From Priapulus caudatus (taxonomy: Eukaryota): DNA of 64,000 nt. This document shows positions 25,399 through 38,800 of this stretch, piece after piece. A program made the translations under genes and the position numbers. Numbering within the stretch: position 1 is the stretch's first letter; each line of letters begins with the position of its first letter. Below the pieces are notes generated by a model. The model had not been told where the DNA came from and searched no databases. It saw only the letters and a program-made list of their open reading frames with translations. The stretch is from contig NW_014577085.1 of the NCBI RefSeq assembly GCF_000485595.1, positions 371,963 to 435,962 of the forward strand, written 5' to 3'.

Positions 25399-27821
25399 GG
25401 CGCGCGTGCGCGTGCGCGTGCGCGTGGTGCGTGTGCGAGTTGTGTGGGTCATGCTCAATGTGATGTGAGGTTATAGAAGGTTGTGTGATTATCATCTGGC
25501 CTTTGTAACAAGCTTTAGAGAGGCTGTGATTAAAATGTGGAAAATTGGAATTTGTGCAGAAATTGTCGCAGCAAAATCACATGAATTCGTGCAAATATGT
25601 GTGCATTAGTTGTCCTTTGTTTTTTTTCCTTGCTCCTTTCCCAGGAGCAAACATTCAAACACCTTCTCTCACTCTATCCCTTCCTTCCCCACTCGTTTCT
25701 TCCTTCCTACCCTCTCGCTCCCTAGTAGTGTGATATCCATGCATACATTCCTTCCTCCATCCTCCATGCACTAGCTGCTAGCACATGCATCAGCTAGACC
25801 GATCACTATAAGCTGATGAGCTCTCACTGCATCATCACATAGGCATAGTCATGACTTGACCCCCCCCCCACCCCCATCTGCATGAATTGACCCCTGTTCT
25901 GGCTGCTTTACATAAAGATACATACACCCCTCACCCCCTGTTTGATTCCCATATACATGCATACAGCCCTCACCCCTGTTTGATTCTCATATACATAAAT
26001 ATACCCCTCACCCCCTGTTTGATTCCCATATACATGCATACAGCCCTCACCCCTGTTTGATTCTCATATACATAAATATACCCCTCACCCCCTGTTTGAT
26101 TCCCATATACATACATACAGCCCTCACCCCTGTTTGATTCTCATATACATAAATATACCCCTCACCCCCTGTTTGATTCCCATATACATACATACAGCCC
26201 TCACCCCTGTTTGATTCTCATATACATAAATATACCCCTCACCCCCTGTTTGATTCCCATATACATACATACAGCCCCCTCCCCCTGGCTACTTCTCAGA
26301 AACATGCAGGAGATCCTTCCCCTCCCCCTGGCTGCTTCAGAGATAAATCCAAGACAACCCTCACCCCTCACCCNNNNNNNNNNGTCACATTGACATGCAA
26401 GACAACCTTTCCCCTCCCCCTGGATAATTCACATTGACATGCAAGACAACCCTCACCCCTCACCCCCTGGCTGCTTCACATAGACATGCAAGACAACCTT
26501 CACCCCTCAACCCCTGGCTGCTTCACAGAAACATGCAAGACAACCCTCGGCCCTCACCCTCTGGCTGCTTCACAGAAACATATGAATTCTTACATCCCTC
26601 CCTCTTGGGTACTTTACGTACTCATGACCAACGTGCAAATTCGCTCTGTGCAGTGTGTGTATTCTCTAGTAGCCAGTGCTCATGAATGTCATAATTACAC
26701 CGCTGCGCTACAGCTATCACATAGTTGCAGTGAGAGCTTCTCTGTAATATTAGGGAAAGATGAAAGCACCCACGAGTTTCACTGAGGTCATTATCATGCA
26801 GCTCGGTTGTAATTTCAATGTTCCCTGCGGAGTGCCATTATTGGGAGTCGAGCGATGTTGTACTGATTTCATTCATCTTCATTTCATATTCATCTCATGT
26901 TCTGCTCATATTAAGAAGTACCTACCTCGTCAATGGAGGGGTGTGTATGTGTTAATTTAATTCCTAGTATGTACATTGTTTATAATATTGCTAATTATTT
27001 AACACACTTTATTTGTAATACAAACATTGTATACATTATCATACAACACACCTATTAAATGCGCATGCGCACGCACGCACACAGTCATGCACATGACATG
27101 CGCATACTTCTCTGTAATATACAATGTTGTGCAAAGTAAGTTCTGTACCCTCGTTTACCCAGTGTGTGCTTTAATTCCTTCTTTCCATTTGGTGCAATGC
27201 TACAAACAGCAATTCTAACCAAGTATAACGTACGTGGCATTAAATCTAATGCAGTTATATGTTGTGTGAACTTACACAGGTGAGAGCACGTTATTCGTGG
27301 AGCTCAGTGAGACGGCAAGCATCCTCCAACATGCTACGAATCATTCCCTCATACTCCTTGATGAACTAGGTAAAAACCTGCTGCATGTGTCATATCTGCC
27401 ATCGTTTCTACTGTTGCGACATTGTCTCCAAACAGATTAAACCAATCTATCAAGTGAATCGCGTGAACAGCATGTGAAGTATACATTAAATTCATTTTAA
27501 CGAAAGCAGAGGAAATTTAACAGGGCACTGTTTTTTACAGGGTTACACTGGTTTTACACTACACAGGTTTTACACTGTTTTAACAGGTCACAGTTTTTTA
27601 TGCTTTCAGTTACCATTAATAAATTATAGAATCATATTGTTTCATTTTTGCTATATGATCCCATAATGCATGCCCATATATTATGTTTCGTAAGACCTTC
27701 AGTGTTTATTTAAAAGCTATTTATTAATTGAACATAAATAAATTGCTTAAAGAATGGTCTGAAAAAAATGATTACGAAAATGAATTTCTTTTGGAGTGGT
27801 AGGCCTATTATGGGTGTGTGT

Positions 27822-27861
<40 letters not shown>

Positions 27862-30800
27862 GGGTGTACAGCATAATTTCACTCTAATGATATATATATA
27901 CAAGTGCATGTGTTAAGCATTCTAATTTGAGTCTGCTAGGAATTTAATAACTACATGGTCATCAAGTGCATAGAATAGGGAGTCCTAATCTTGGGTACTT
28001 AATGCAGCTGCCACTTTCATAGATGTTGTGGGAATTGAATGCTATTGCATTTGTGTAGCACAGGGCCGTTGAGTATTGATGTGTGGTTCAGGATACGTGA
28101 TCTCATTGCTTGCAAATAACATCAGACTGTCATGCTGTTTCTTGTGAATGAAAGGCTGGAATGATAGTAATGGGAAGGTGGTATGCTCTGTAATCTAGAT
28201 AAAGATCCATTTCTATGATAGACCATTTGTTAATTACCAGTTAATTACTAAGATGTTGCTTGTCATATATGTACCTACTATGACTACGATACACCCTGCC
28301 TGTGAGGCGGTGTAATCCAATCTGTGGCCATACGGTTATTTCAAGGCAAGTTGATTCCCAAGAAGAAGTTTCCTAATATCCAGAAGACTCCAGAAGAATT
28401 GATTACGCGTAGTATATCTATATCATAGCAGAATGTGATACTACAATTATAATATAAATACATATTCCGTTTTCCACGTAATCCTAGCATCGACATAGAA
28501 CACACGGTGGTTCTTAATTACTGTAGGCTGAGTGACGTGTGATAGAGAGACAGGTGCTGTTTCTCATAACTGAATCTGTGTGGTAAATTCCCCACATAAC
28601 AACATGGCTAATCCGTTTTCCGTGGTTGTTGTGCAGGCAGAGGCACGGCGACGTACGATGGCACGGCCATCGCCTGTGCTGTCGTGCAGGAGCTATCCCA
28701 GAGAGGGCGCTGTCGTACACTCTTCTCAACACACTACCACTCCCTGGTGGAAGAGTTTGCACATGACCCGAACGTCAGGCTCGGACATATGGTCAGTGAC
28801 CTTGTTTATCCAAACAATACATAATTTAAAAGATACAGGATATACAGATTTGTAAAGAAACTATAATTGCATGTTTAAATTTTAAATGAAGGCTTCACGA
28901 ACGCAAAGGCTACGTTTTCCTTCTCGAATTTATATTTTTTTATCTAAAAATCAATGAATTTATTTGCATTTAATTTAATTAAAATTTAATCTTATGCATA
29001 TTGCATAAATCCATCTTATTACAAAGGCATCTTTATTATGCATACAAACTGAGTTGATACTACCGAAGAAGTAGTGATCATGCTAACATAATCTAAATAA
29101 AACAAGCAAAGCATTAGTGAGAAATTATTGAGACATTTCAAGGTTACACGTGTTTTATAAAGTTACATTTGGCATTTAAATTATATTGCTACCAGCTCGA
29201 ACTTGTTGACAATCGTGTTGGTATCTTTTTATTTAATTAGTAATGTGTATTATTTGAATTGGTCATCACAATAAAAAACCGAATGAGATGGCTGGAAGAG
29301 AACCTTCTCATTATGTTTTTATTTTTGGCTGCAGGCCTGCATGGTGGAGAACGAGAATGACGAGGATGTTTCCAAAGAAACCATAACCTTCCTTTACAAG
29401 TTTGTACATGGCGCCTGCCCAAAGAGTTACGGCTTCAATGCTGCAAAACTAGCAGGAATACCTGATACGGTAATGATCCCTCTTGGGTTGGTTTGGGTTG
29501 GTTTGGGTGGTATTATGGTCTGGGTTGTATTATTCCATCTGTTGGTATCCTTTTTATCATTCGAATTTAGTGTTAACTCCTTATTGTGCATAACTGTGTA
29601 TAAATATATCGTCTATAAGTATCCATTTAACGAGTCTTTTATCCAAATATATATATACATACACATGCACATATGCACACACGTACACGTGGGTGTTAGC
29701 ACTCTAGTCACTATGCGTACAAATTAGGTCCACGACAAAGGTCAACATTAAGTCCACTAATTATCAAACCACAAGAACCATTATCTGCCCAATTACTTGT
29801 AATAGTGATGCTTGATTAATTACCCCCAAACGTTTTTAGTTTCAAATTGGTATAAATCATGATGAAAAACAATCATTAAGGGCCGGACACACTAGGCGAT
29901 GGCATCGGGCGATGTAATCGCCGTGAAAATCGCCTCACGTGCGTCCACGTCAATCGCCGCGATTTCATCGCCCGATGTCATCGCCCCCCCCCCCACTGAT
30001 GCCATCGGCACAGATCAAGAACGTTTTGATATTATCGCCGATGACTCGCCCGATGCATCGCCTAGTGTGTCCGCGGCCGCGGAAAACATTGCCCGATTGT
30101 ACATCATTCATAGCCAATGAAACAAACAAGCAGCACATGCATAATTTCTGATCACTGAACCAGATAGTGAACACAATGCGCGAAATCACAATGTTTTTTT
30201 TTTCCAGCACAACGGCGCTGCGTGTAAATCGGCCCGATTTAATCGCCTAGTGTGTCCACTCGACTGCGTAGCGATAGAATTGGGCATTACATCGCCCGAT
30301 GCCCATCGCCTAGTGTGTCCGGCCCTTTAGCTGCCCTACAGTTTGAGTTTGCCCCCACTGTGCCATTCCTAGCTACAAATCCAGCTGTTTTAATAGTAGT
30401 GATTACTTTACATTCTGATCTAATGAGAATGTTTCCAACTGTTCTCCCATGTTATCTTACGCAATTACTGCTATTCTGCTTTTGCAATAAACACACCAAA
30501 TCCAGTTTCCAACTTCACTTACCGAAATTAGAAAGCATACCTACATATTAACTGCTTAGACAAAGTCCATACGTTAGCTTTGTGCTCTATTCGAATATCA
30601 GATTCAATGCATTATAATTTTCTGTTTCAGATTAGGTTTGCCTTCCATAATTGTGTCACTAATGTTCCCGCAAGGATGTAATCCTTGATGCATCGATGTA
30701 ATCCTACATTTCTTGAAGGAAGCTATGTTTTCTTTTTATCAGATAATAAAGAATGGTCATGCTAAGGCAAAGGAGTTGGAAATGTCATTAGAGAGGATAA

Positions 30801-32677
30801 AGATTTTCAGGTATGGTATTATACACATCATTGTATCCCCCGCGACGAAGTCTGCCGGGATACTATGGTTTCATGTCTCCCCAGCCGCTGCCGCCGCCGC
30901 TCGGGCCGCCGCAGATAATTTCCCTTCCGCTCTATAACTCGACCCCTAATTGACCTAGCGTGACCAAACTTGGTATACTTACAAATCTTGGGGAGAAGGT
31001 GTGCAGCGAACCAAAACCAGGTCACTGCGACCTTATTTGACCTTGATATATTTCCCTTCGCTCTTTAACTCAGGCCCCTAATTGACATAGCGCCTACCAA
31101 ACTTGGTATACTTACACATCTTGGGGCAGAAGGTGAGCCAGCGAACCAAACCACGGTCACTGCGACCTTTATTTGACCTTTACCTTGACCTTGATCATAT
31201 TTCCCTTCCGCTCTCTAACTCTGCGGCTCACCTAATTGACCTAGCCGCTACCAAACTTGGTATACTTACACATCTTGGGGAGAAGGTGAGCAGCGATCAA
31301 AACCAAGGTCACTGCGACCTTTATTGACCTTTCACCTTAGACCGTTGATCATGATTTCCCACCTTGCCGCTCTTCCTAACTGGGCCCCTAATGGACCTAG
31401 CGCTACCAAACTTGGTTAACTGTACAACATCTTGGGGAGAAGTTGGACAGTCCAGCGATCCAAAACCGTGTCACTGCGACCTTTATTTGACCTGTTACTT
31501 GACCTGATCATATTTGCTTTTCCGCTCTTTAAGCTCGGGACCCCTTAATTGACCCTAGCGCTCCAAAACTTGTATACTGTACACACTTGGGGGGAATGAG
31601 TGGAGCAGCCATACCACCACCGGTCATGCGATCTATTAATTTGACCTTTGATCCTATTTCCCTCCGCTCCTTAACGCTCGGCCCCTAATTGACCCTAGCC
31701 GCTACCCCAAACTTGGTCTACGTCTATCAACATCTTGGGGAGAAGTGGCACCGATTACCAAACCAGGTCATAGCCCGATCTTTTTGACCTTCTACTCATT
31801 GAACCTTTGCTCATATTTTCCTTCCCGCTCTCAAAACTCGCCGTAATTGACCTACGCTAAACCACAAAACCAGGTCACGTACGACTTTTATTTGCCTTTA
31901 CCCTTGACCTTGATCATATTTCCCTCCGCTCTTAACTCGGCCCTACATTGACCTCAGCTACCCAACTTGGTTATACTTACACGATCCTTGGGGAGAAGGT
32001 GTGTCGCGGTACCAAAGCTCAGTCATTACGCACATTTCATTTGATCCTTTACCTTGACCGTGTGACTGCATATTTCCTTTCTGCTCTATAACTCAGCTCG
32101 CCGACCTAATGATCCTAGCGCCGACCAAACTTGGTATACTTACACATCTTGGGGAGAAGGTGTGTCGCATACCGGAACCAGGTCACTGCAACCTTTATTT
32201 GACATTGACCTTGACCTTCATCATATTTCCCTTCCGCTCTATAACTCGGCCCCTAATTGACCTAGCGTGACCAAACTTCGTATACTTACACATCTTGGGG
32301 AGAACACGGGAGATACATGTAGTTGGCGACAACTGCCCTTTCTAGTTTAATGAAGCTTTCTGACTACATAGGTACTTGTTGTTTGCTACCATTTCAGGAT
32401 CGTGTAATAAATATTATTAAATCATCATGTGATCCTACAATTCCAATATCCATATACATATTTCATATGTATCCAGGTTAGGGCATCTGCTCAGCAGAGA
32501 GCCTGCACATTATTTTAGAATAAACCCCTATATATGCCTTCTTCTATTATCCTGCTACAATGTGTATGTATTTGGTCTTTGTATTTGTATTTTTTCGTGA
32601 ATTTCAGGTGTCTGGAAAAGCCTCATGATTTATCGATCGAGAAACTTCAGGAACTGCAGCAACACATCATGGCGTAG
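25163..32677 (+). CDS. MSH6: DNA mismatch repair protein MSH6, C-terminal ATPase/HTH exons only
   Basis: GT-AG exons 25163-25250 ([29 protein letters not shown]), 27280-27369 ([30 protein letters not shown]), 28637-28791 ([13 protein letters not shown]...[10 protein letters not shown]...LGHM), 29335-29469 (ACMVENE...ETITFLYKF...[16 protein letters not shown]), 30743-30810 and 32608-32677 (TAG) join in frame and match the MSH6-type C-terminus. Confidence 0.92.
25885..26580. repeat. Intronic minisatellites (~35-bp alternating unit, then ~45-bp unit)
   Basis: CCCTCACCCCTGTTTGATTC(T/C)CATATACAT repeated about 10 times, followed by CATGCAAGACAACCCTCACCCC units. Confidence 0.9.
29879..30326. mobile_element. 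PIF/Harbinger-like MITE
   Basis: TIR AGGGCCGGACACACTAGGCGATG / CATCGCCTAGTGTGTCCGGCCCT with TTA TSD. Confidence 0.85.
30831..32345 (+). mobile_element. Helitron/Helentron-type non-autonomous element with central ~125-bp satellite array
   Basis: subTIRs TGTATCCCCC / GGGAGATACA, (GCC)n, about 11 tandem units containing TGACCTTGACC, 3' hairpin AGTTG-GCGA-CAACT then CTAG end. Confidence 0.75.
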
Positions 32678-33005
32678 TCGGGGTATAATTGATGTGGCAC
32701 CATTAGTGGTTAACGAACACTATGAAAAGACTTGTTACAGTATTCTTTGTAATGTTTTATAGGATGTGCAACTGGCAACTGATACTCAAGGGTGTGAGAT
32801 CTTTTTTATGCACATCATTGTGAATAATAATAAGATCCCTCCACTATTCGGTAACATCTGCATGTGCATATGAAGTGTATTGTAAAGGTTTTATACGCAT
32901 ATCTTAGTAGGAAACTAGGAATGACAGATCATGCTTCCTGAGTGCTCGTGATTAAAATTAAGACTATTCAAGATCATGAAAACCCCATGTTCTGTGTGTA
33001 AATGT

Positions 33006-33011
33006 AATAAA
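33006..33011 (+). promoter_or_regulatory. Candidate MSH6 polyadenylation signal
   Basis: AATAAA about 330 nt after the stop codon. Confidence 0.4.
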
Positions 33012-33059
33012 TACAGTATAAACTACCTAGAACTATTCACTGTCTAATGCAGTATTCGA

Positions 33060-34159
33060 TTTTTAGCTCACCTTGACATCGTCAAGATGAGCTATTGCCA
33101 TGGGGATGTCGTCCGTCGTACGTCCGTCCGTCCTTCCGTCAACATTTGGCTACGGTCAACGATAACTCAGGAACCGTTTGACCCACATGTTTGAAATTGG
33201 GTATAGTTGTTACTGCTATGGGAGAGGTTTGAACATCCTATTTTGGAGCACGCCAGTCGACGTACTTTCGAGCCACGACAATGTATTGGCAAAAATGGGA
33301 ATTGCCATTAGTCAGTTCAGGTTCAACGGATTTTGCTCATTTTTGGTATGTGAATGAATAAGGGCTAGGGGTTTGATATTTGAAAAGAAATTATGCAAAT
33401 TAGGTAGGTTTTGGCAATTATATAGACACGCAGATAACAGTGTGGTGTCACACTCGTCTGGTTCGTTTTACAAGATTTCATTGACAATATCTTTAATGCA
33501 AAATTGGTATTTCCTCTCCACCCTGCCGATAAAACATCTATATTAGAGTAAAGTTTTACAAAACATGTCGGAACGCAGCATAACCTATTTATTTTGAACG
33601 CCATTGCTAAGAAACATCAAAGCGGGTATAGCGCCATCTACCGTCACAAATTGTGATTCATTTTGGTTTATAAATTATTATTGCGATATACAGATGGCAA
33701 CCATGTGCTACCGCCTAGAAAAACTCATACGAAGTAAACGCTTCCATGCAACCAATTAACCTTTAACAAAAGTTGCGTTATGGGCAGGGAAACACCATTG
33801 TCACGTGGTATATAGCAGCTACGTGTAATAAGCGTATCCTCTCAAACTTACACGTTACACATCGGGAGCTCCGCTTTTAGGCAGTGCCTAAATCTGAATA
33901 TTATAAAAACGTTAAATGGCGATCATTTAGGTGTAATGCCATCACTCGCCCTCATCTCAGACTTTCACATCTCAAACATTTATTTTCACATAAAAAATTA
34001 CACATATTATTATCAAGAGTATATAATGGGAGTTCTCCCGTATATACTTTTCGTTTCTATAATGTACGTCGATGGTTGCTCAATTAAAACTGACTTCTTC
34101 TCACTCACTCATTTGTGACCTTTTTTGTGGCGAGCTACAGTGTCATTGGCACTTTCATT
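33060..34159 (+). mobile_element. HINE/DINE-1-like family A copy 3
   Basis: TTTTTAGCTCACCTTGACATCGTCAAGATGAGC head and GGCGAGCTACAGTGTCATTGGCACTTTC tail. Confidence 0.8.
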
Positions 34160-35875
34160 GTTACTGGGATCTAGTGACGTGGGTAATTGCTAGATAGTGT
34201 TCAAGTAAAGCATATATACAGTATTTGCAACACTAAAAATATGTAGAAATGTAGATTATGTGCGATAATGGTATCATAGTTGTGATCAACATAGCTCCAC
34301 ATACATCTATTACTATTCCATCTTGCATGCTGGCAGGGTTTGATATAGAATGAAAAGTAAGTCGCATCATACTCTAGGATTTGGAGTGGTGGAAACCAAA
34401 CATGAAATACAACTGTTATGAAACGAGAGGTTATAGGTCAGTTCAAACGAATTGCTGCTCAATAATATCTAGGTGAATTATCCACGATTATGAAACTAGC
34501 AAAAATTTATTCATATAAAATGGATGGCTATTCGTATGTAAGTAGACTGGCTTGTGTAAAATCCAATAACAAATAGACTGCATCTGGGTAATACAATACT
34601 GTTGTGACACATGCAGTGGTAAGCTAGAATATTCTTTGATTGGCAATGCATAATTATTGCTCGGTTGTTACGTGACTGTAATGACGACTTATATATGACA
34701 CGAGTTAGTCATAGGACGGTGGGATCTCATATTTACTGTATCTGGTGATGGTAGGTGTACGTCCCATATTTCCATAGGTAGACGTGTGGATGTATTTTTC
34801 TCCACAAGCCAGGTTACATCAAACATTCATTTTTTATACATATATATGTTCGTGGGAATATATACCAGTAACCGCGTTTTGCATAGTCATCTTCACTAGA
34901 GTAATCTCATGGAGCAATGCGTTAGTTTAAGCAACTTTAATTAATCACTTAAGCATGTTTGTTGCTTGACATATTTTTGTCATAGTTTACTACATTTTGT
35001 ATTCGTAGCCTATAGGTATAATCTAAAAACAAAGAACCAAATATATATCTTCTATTAAACATATTTTTGTGTGTTGCTATGGTGCAGCTGGCAGGTTTCA
35101 CTGTAATAAATACTTATATTATGTATTATTCTGCTGAACAATGTCTCAACATATATTGAAGACAAGGGAGTCGGGACTTTCAGATTTGCCCACAATCAAT
35201 AATTTAATAAAGATGAACCTTTTTACATGCGAAATAAAAACGCCAATTCGGCACAATTTTACAGCAAAATATTTGAATTGATTGATAATTTATGATTATT
35301 TACAACACTGCATCAATAAACACCTAATAAGGACAAAAACAAAACAAAACAAAACCTGCCAATGAATAGTGTACCTATGTACTACTATAGTGTACTTGAA
35401 CATGCAATTTACAATATCCTGTACATTAATCTATATGTTCTGCAAATATATGACAAACAGCTATAGTATAGGCATTGGTTCAATTCAAGCCAATAACTAT
35501 GTGCAGATCTTGCAGCTGAATTGTACATAGTACCTATAAATTCATGCTTGTGCGTATGTATATGTAGCATATTTTACATTCGGAGTCCCACCTATATCAC
35601 TACTTGTAAGGCGTCAATCAACAGGTTTTGCCCATTTCTGAACATGTGAAGCAAGAGAAACATGTCATGTAATTTCTGGTGATGTACGTCCCAACTCTCA
35701 CAATTGTCACACACTCGGGTACGCGTCTTAACAACATGCGTTGATTTTCTTTTCTCGCACATTGAACTGTCATTTAAATTGAATGTGTGTATATATATAT
35801 GTATGTACATACACAGTAATCTCAGCAAGGCGCATGTTGCCAGCAGCGAAAAACACTGGCTGAAGGTGCATCTCC

Positions 35876-38800
35876 TCATGCTTCGTCATACTCGTCATAT
35901 AACTCGTCTGCAACTGTGGACAAATCGTGATTATGAAATTACCAAACAAAATACTGTATATAGAAGTCTTCTGAAGGCTCAGCAATGACAAACTAACTGC
36001 CAAACATAAGCTGTCACTGTTACATGGAATATGTCTACCAGTTCAGAACGAAATGCAAGAGTCGTAGATTGGCATATCAAAATCTTATCTGCGTTTTTGC
36101 AAAATTGGCTCTTTTCGTTGGCAAGGTAGCTTTTGGCTAACCTCATGGAATATTTTCCCAACAGACTTGCTTCTAAATACGTTTGAATAGCAAATATGTG
36201 TTCAGTTCCCCTCACATATCTAGCTTATTCACTATCATACTGTGCAATCCAATAACTAAAATCCCTAAATACCTCCATGGCCAAGTAGTTGTGCTGCACT
36301 GATGTGTTCCTCCATCTCGTCCTCCTCATCATAATCCTCACCTGCATGCCAACACAAACAACTGCATCGTTGGCCACCATAATCATTTTACTGCCCTACA
36401 CAGCTACACTACACATGCTTTAAACACAATTTACTAAGCTGGGATGTTTATTCTAAAAACGTAAAACGAAGGGCAGGCACAAGTGATGCAAATCATTTTT
36501 TTGTGCAGGTCAACTGATAATGTGGTATGCATGCCAGGGTACACCTTGACCAAATGTACGACCAATATACCACGAAATACAATGCAATATCACCCGGTTA
36601 TACTTTTGTTCTGCACGACCATGAACATGTATTTCATACCATGATATTGTTCCTCATCTGGTTCGTACTGGACTGGTCCCGATTCAACAACTATGGTCTC
36701 CTCTGTTTTCATTTTTTGCGCTGACCTTTGCTGCACAGAGGATGCTTCCCGTTTTATCCTAGCAAGAAATAAAAATTCAAACCTATAGTAGAAACCACCA
36801 ACCTACAGCATAATAACATATATAATAATACATGTTCAAATCTTAATTGCCATTTACTGTTGACTGTGTTCTGTGTTGTTGTTCATTTTTACATGTTATA
36901 GCAGAGTTAACATCCAAATACCATAACTTTGTAGCTCGTTTTCGTCCCAATTTTTGGTATCTAACCACACCTTTCCTACCTATCTCACCTGACCTACCTA
37001 GGTATCACGTAGCAATAATTAAACTTTATTACCTGACAAGTCATGTCAGACTTTACTACTACCTACTGTTATTACTGTCTAGACGTATTACTGTGCTTAG
37101 TGTTGCAAGTGTGGGGGGCAGTGGTGGTCTAGAAGATAGCCCAATTGACTTTGGACTGAAAAATGTCTGGGGTTTGAGTACCACCATGGCCACTGCTGAT
37201 ATGCTCCTGAGCAAGGCACCTTAGTCCTATCTGTTTCAGCAGACACCTGCTGGGCAATAGTTAGTTCTAATATCACCTGTCAGGCAATACAGTTTAACCA
37301 CTGCTAAAAGTTACCTTTCTTTGTCAGGCGAGGTAGGTAGGCCACATATCTCAACTTATATCAATTGTATAGACATGTTCACGATACATTGTACAGCTAT
37401 GTTTATGACACATTGTATAGACATGGTCATGATGCATTGTATAGACATGGTCATGATGCATTGTATAGACATGGTTATGATACATTGTATAGATATGTTC
37501 ATGACACACTGTATAGAGATGTTCCTGATACCTTTTATAGACATGAGCGGCGTTTACATGGCATTCAGTGCTTATTAGGTTACGTATCTCAGAAATCCGG
37601 TATTTGATCGAGATTCGGTATTTATACCGAGCCAGCTGTTTACACGGAGGATGTGTGAATTCGGGGCTTAGTTAGTGCTGTATTTTATCGATCGCTTGAT
37701 AGAGTCAACGGTCACCAGGTGGTTCTGCTTTTAGCTACTTAGCAAGCACTGAATGCATTTACACGAACAGATAATTCCGCATTTAATATTTCGGAGCTTA
37801 GCTGGCGCGACATATTATTCCGTGCCTATTAAGTGCAGTATTTGTTAATTCCGAATCTGTCCAAGTCTCGAATTATTTAATCGTCTAAACGCTAAATACG
37901 GACTCTAATAGACCGTGTAAACGCCGCTATGGTCATGATATATTGTATAGATACGTTAATGATACATAACATTGTATAGATACATTCATGTTACATCGTA
38001 TATATACCTTCATGATACAATGTATAGAGGTTTAATTATATTGTGTAAAGATTTTCATGCTGCACTGTATAGACATGGTCATAATACATTCAAGAGCTAA
38101 TAAATACCTAGCGTGGAAAACGGGAAAATAGTGCTATTTCACGGCAATATTATTCTACTTTGTATGCGGTTCTAGACCAAGTTCATGGTATTGCGTTAAG
38201 CAGCATTCTTTGCTCTCTAAAATAAGACCAACCGCTTGACTCTACGATACTCCTCGGCCGAGATATTGGAGCGTAATCATGCCTCCCACAGGCCTTACAT
38301 CCACAATATTCAATATCCTTCTTGCCTTTTGCGGGTCTGGCTATAGTTTTCCGTCACGGCTTGGAGCGCTGATAATTGATGTCACATGCCCAAATTTGGT
38401 ACTCTTACTACACCATATAGTAACTGAGCTGCGTTGCAGACTTAATTTAGAAAACATTGCCGGCTCCATCATGACGGGCATTAGCCGTGCTAGGAAAGAT
38501 AATGGGAGATAAGGGCATAGGCGATGCTCCCGAAAGTCACCGAAAAGCCATTCATTCATAAAGATATCGCGGAAAAAACCGAACTCTCACGAAGCGACTT
38601 TCCTAACCCGCAAAAGGCAAGAAGGATAGTGAATATTGTGGATGCGAGGCGCCGTGAGGCCTGTGGGAGGGGAAGTTTACGAGCCAATATCTCAGCCTAG
38701 GAGTTGGTGGGTTGTCTTGTTTTAGAGAGCAAAGAATTCTACTTAATGCAATACCATAAAATTATTCTAGACTCGCAGGCAAAGTAGAATAATATTGCCG

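Noticed and set aside
31320..32100. Rapidly diverging central satellite units (similar noise at 9.6-10.2, 50.6-51.2 and 61.0-61.5 kb)
   Set aside because: Dense single-base indels look like low-coverage long-read gap filling rather than biology.
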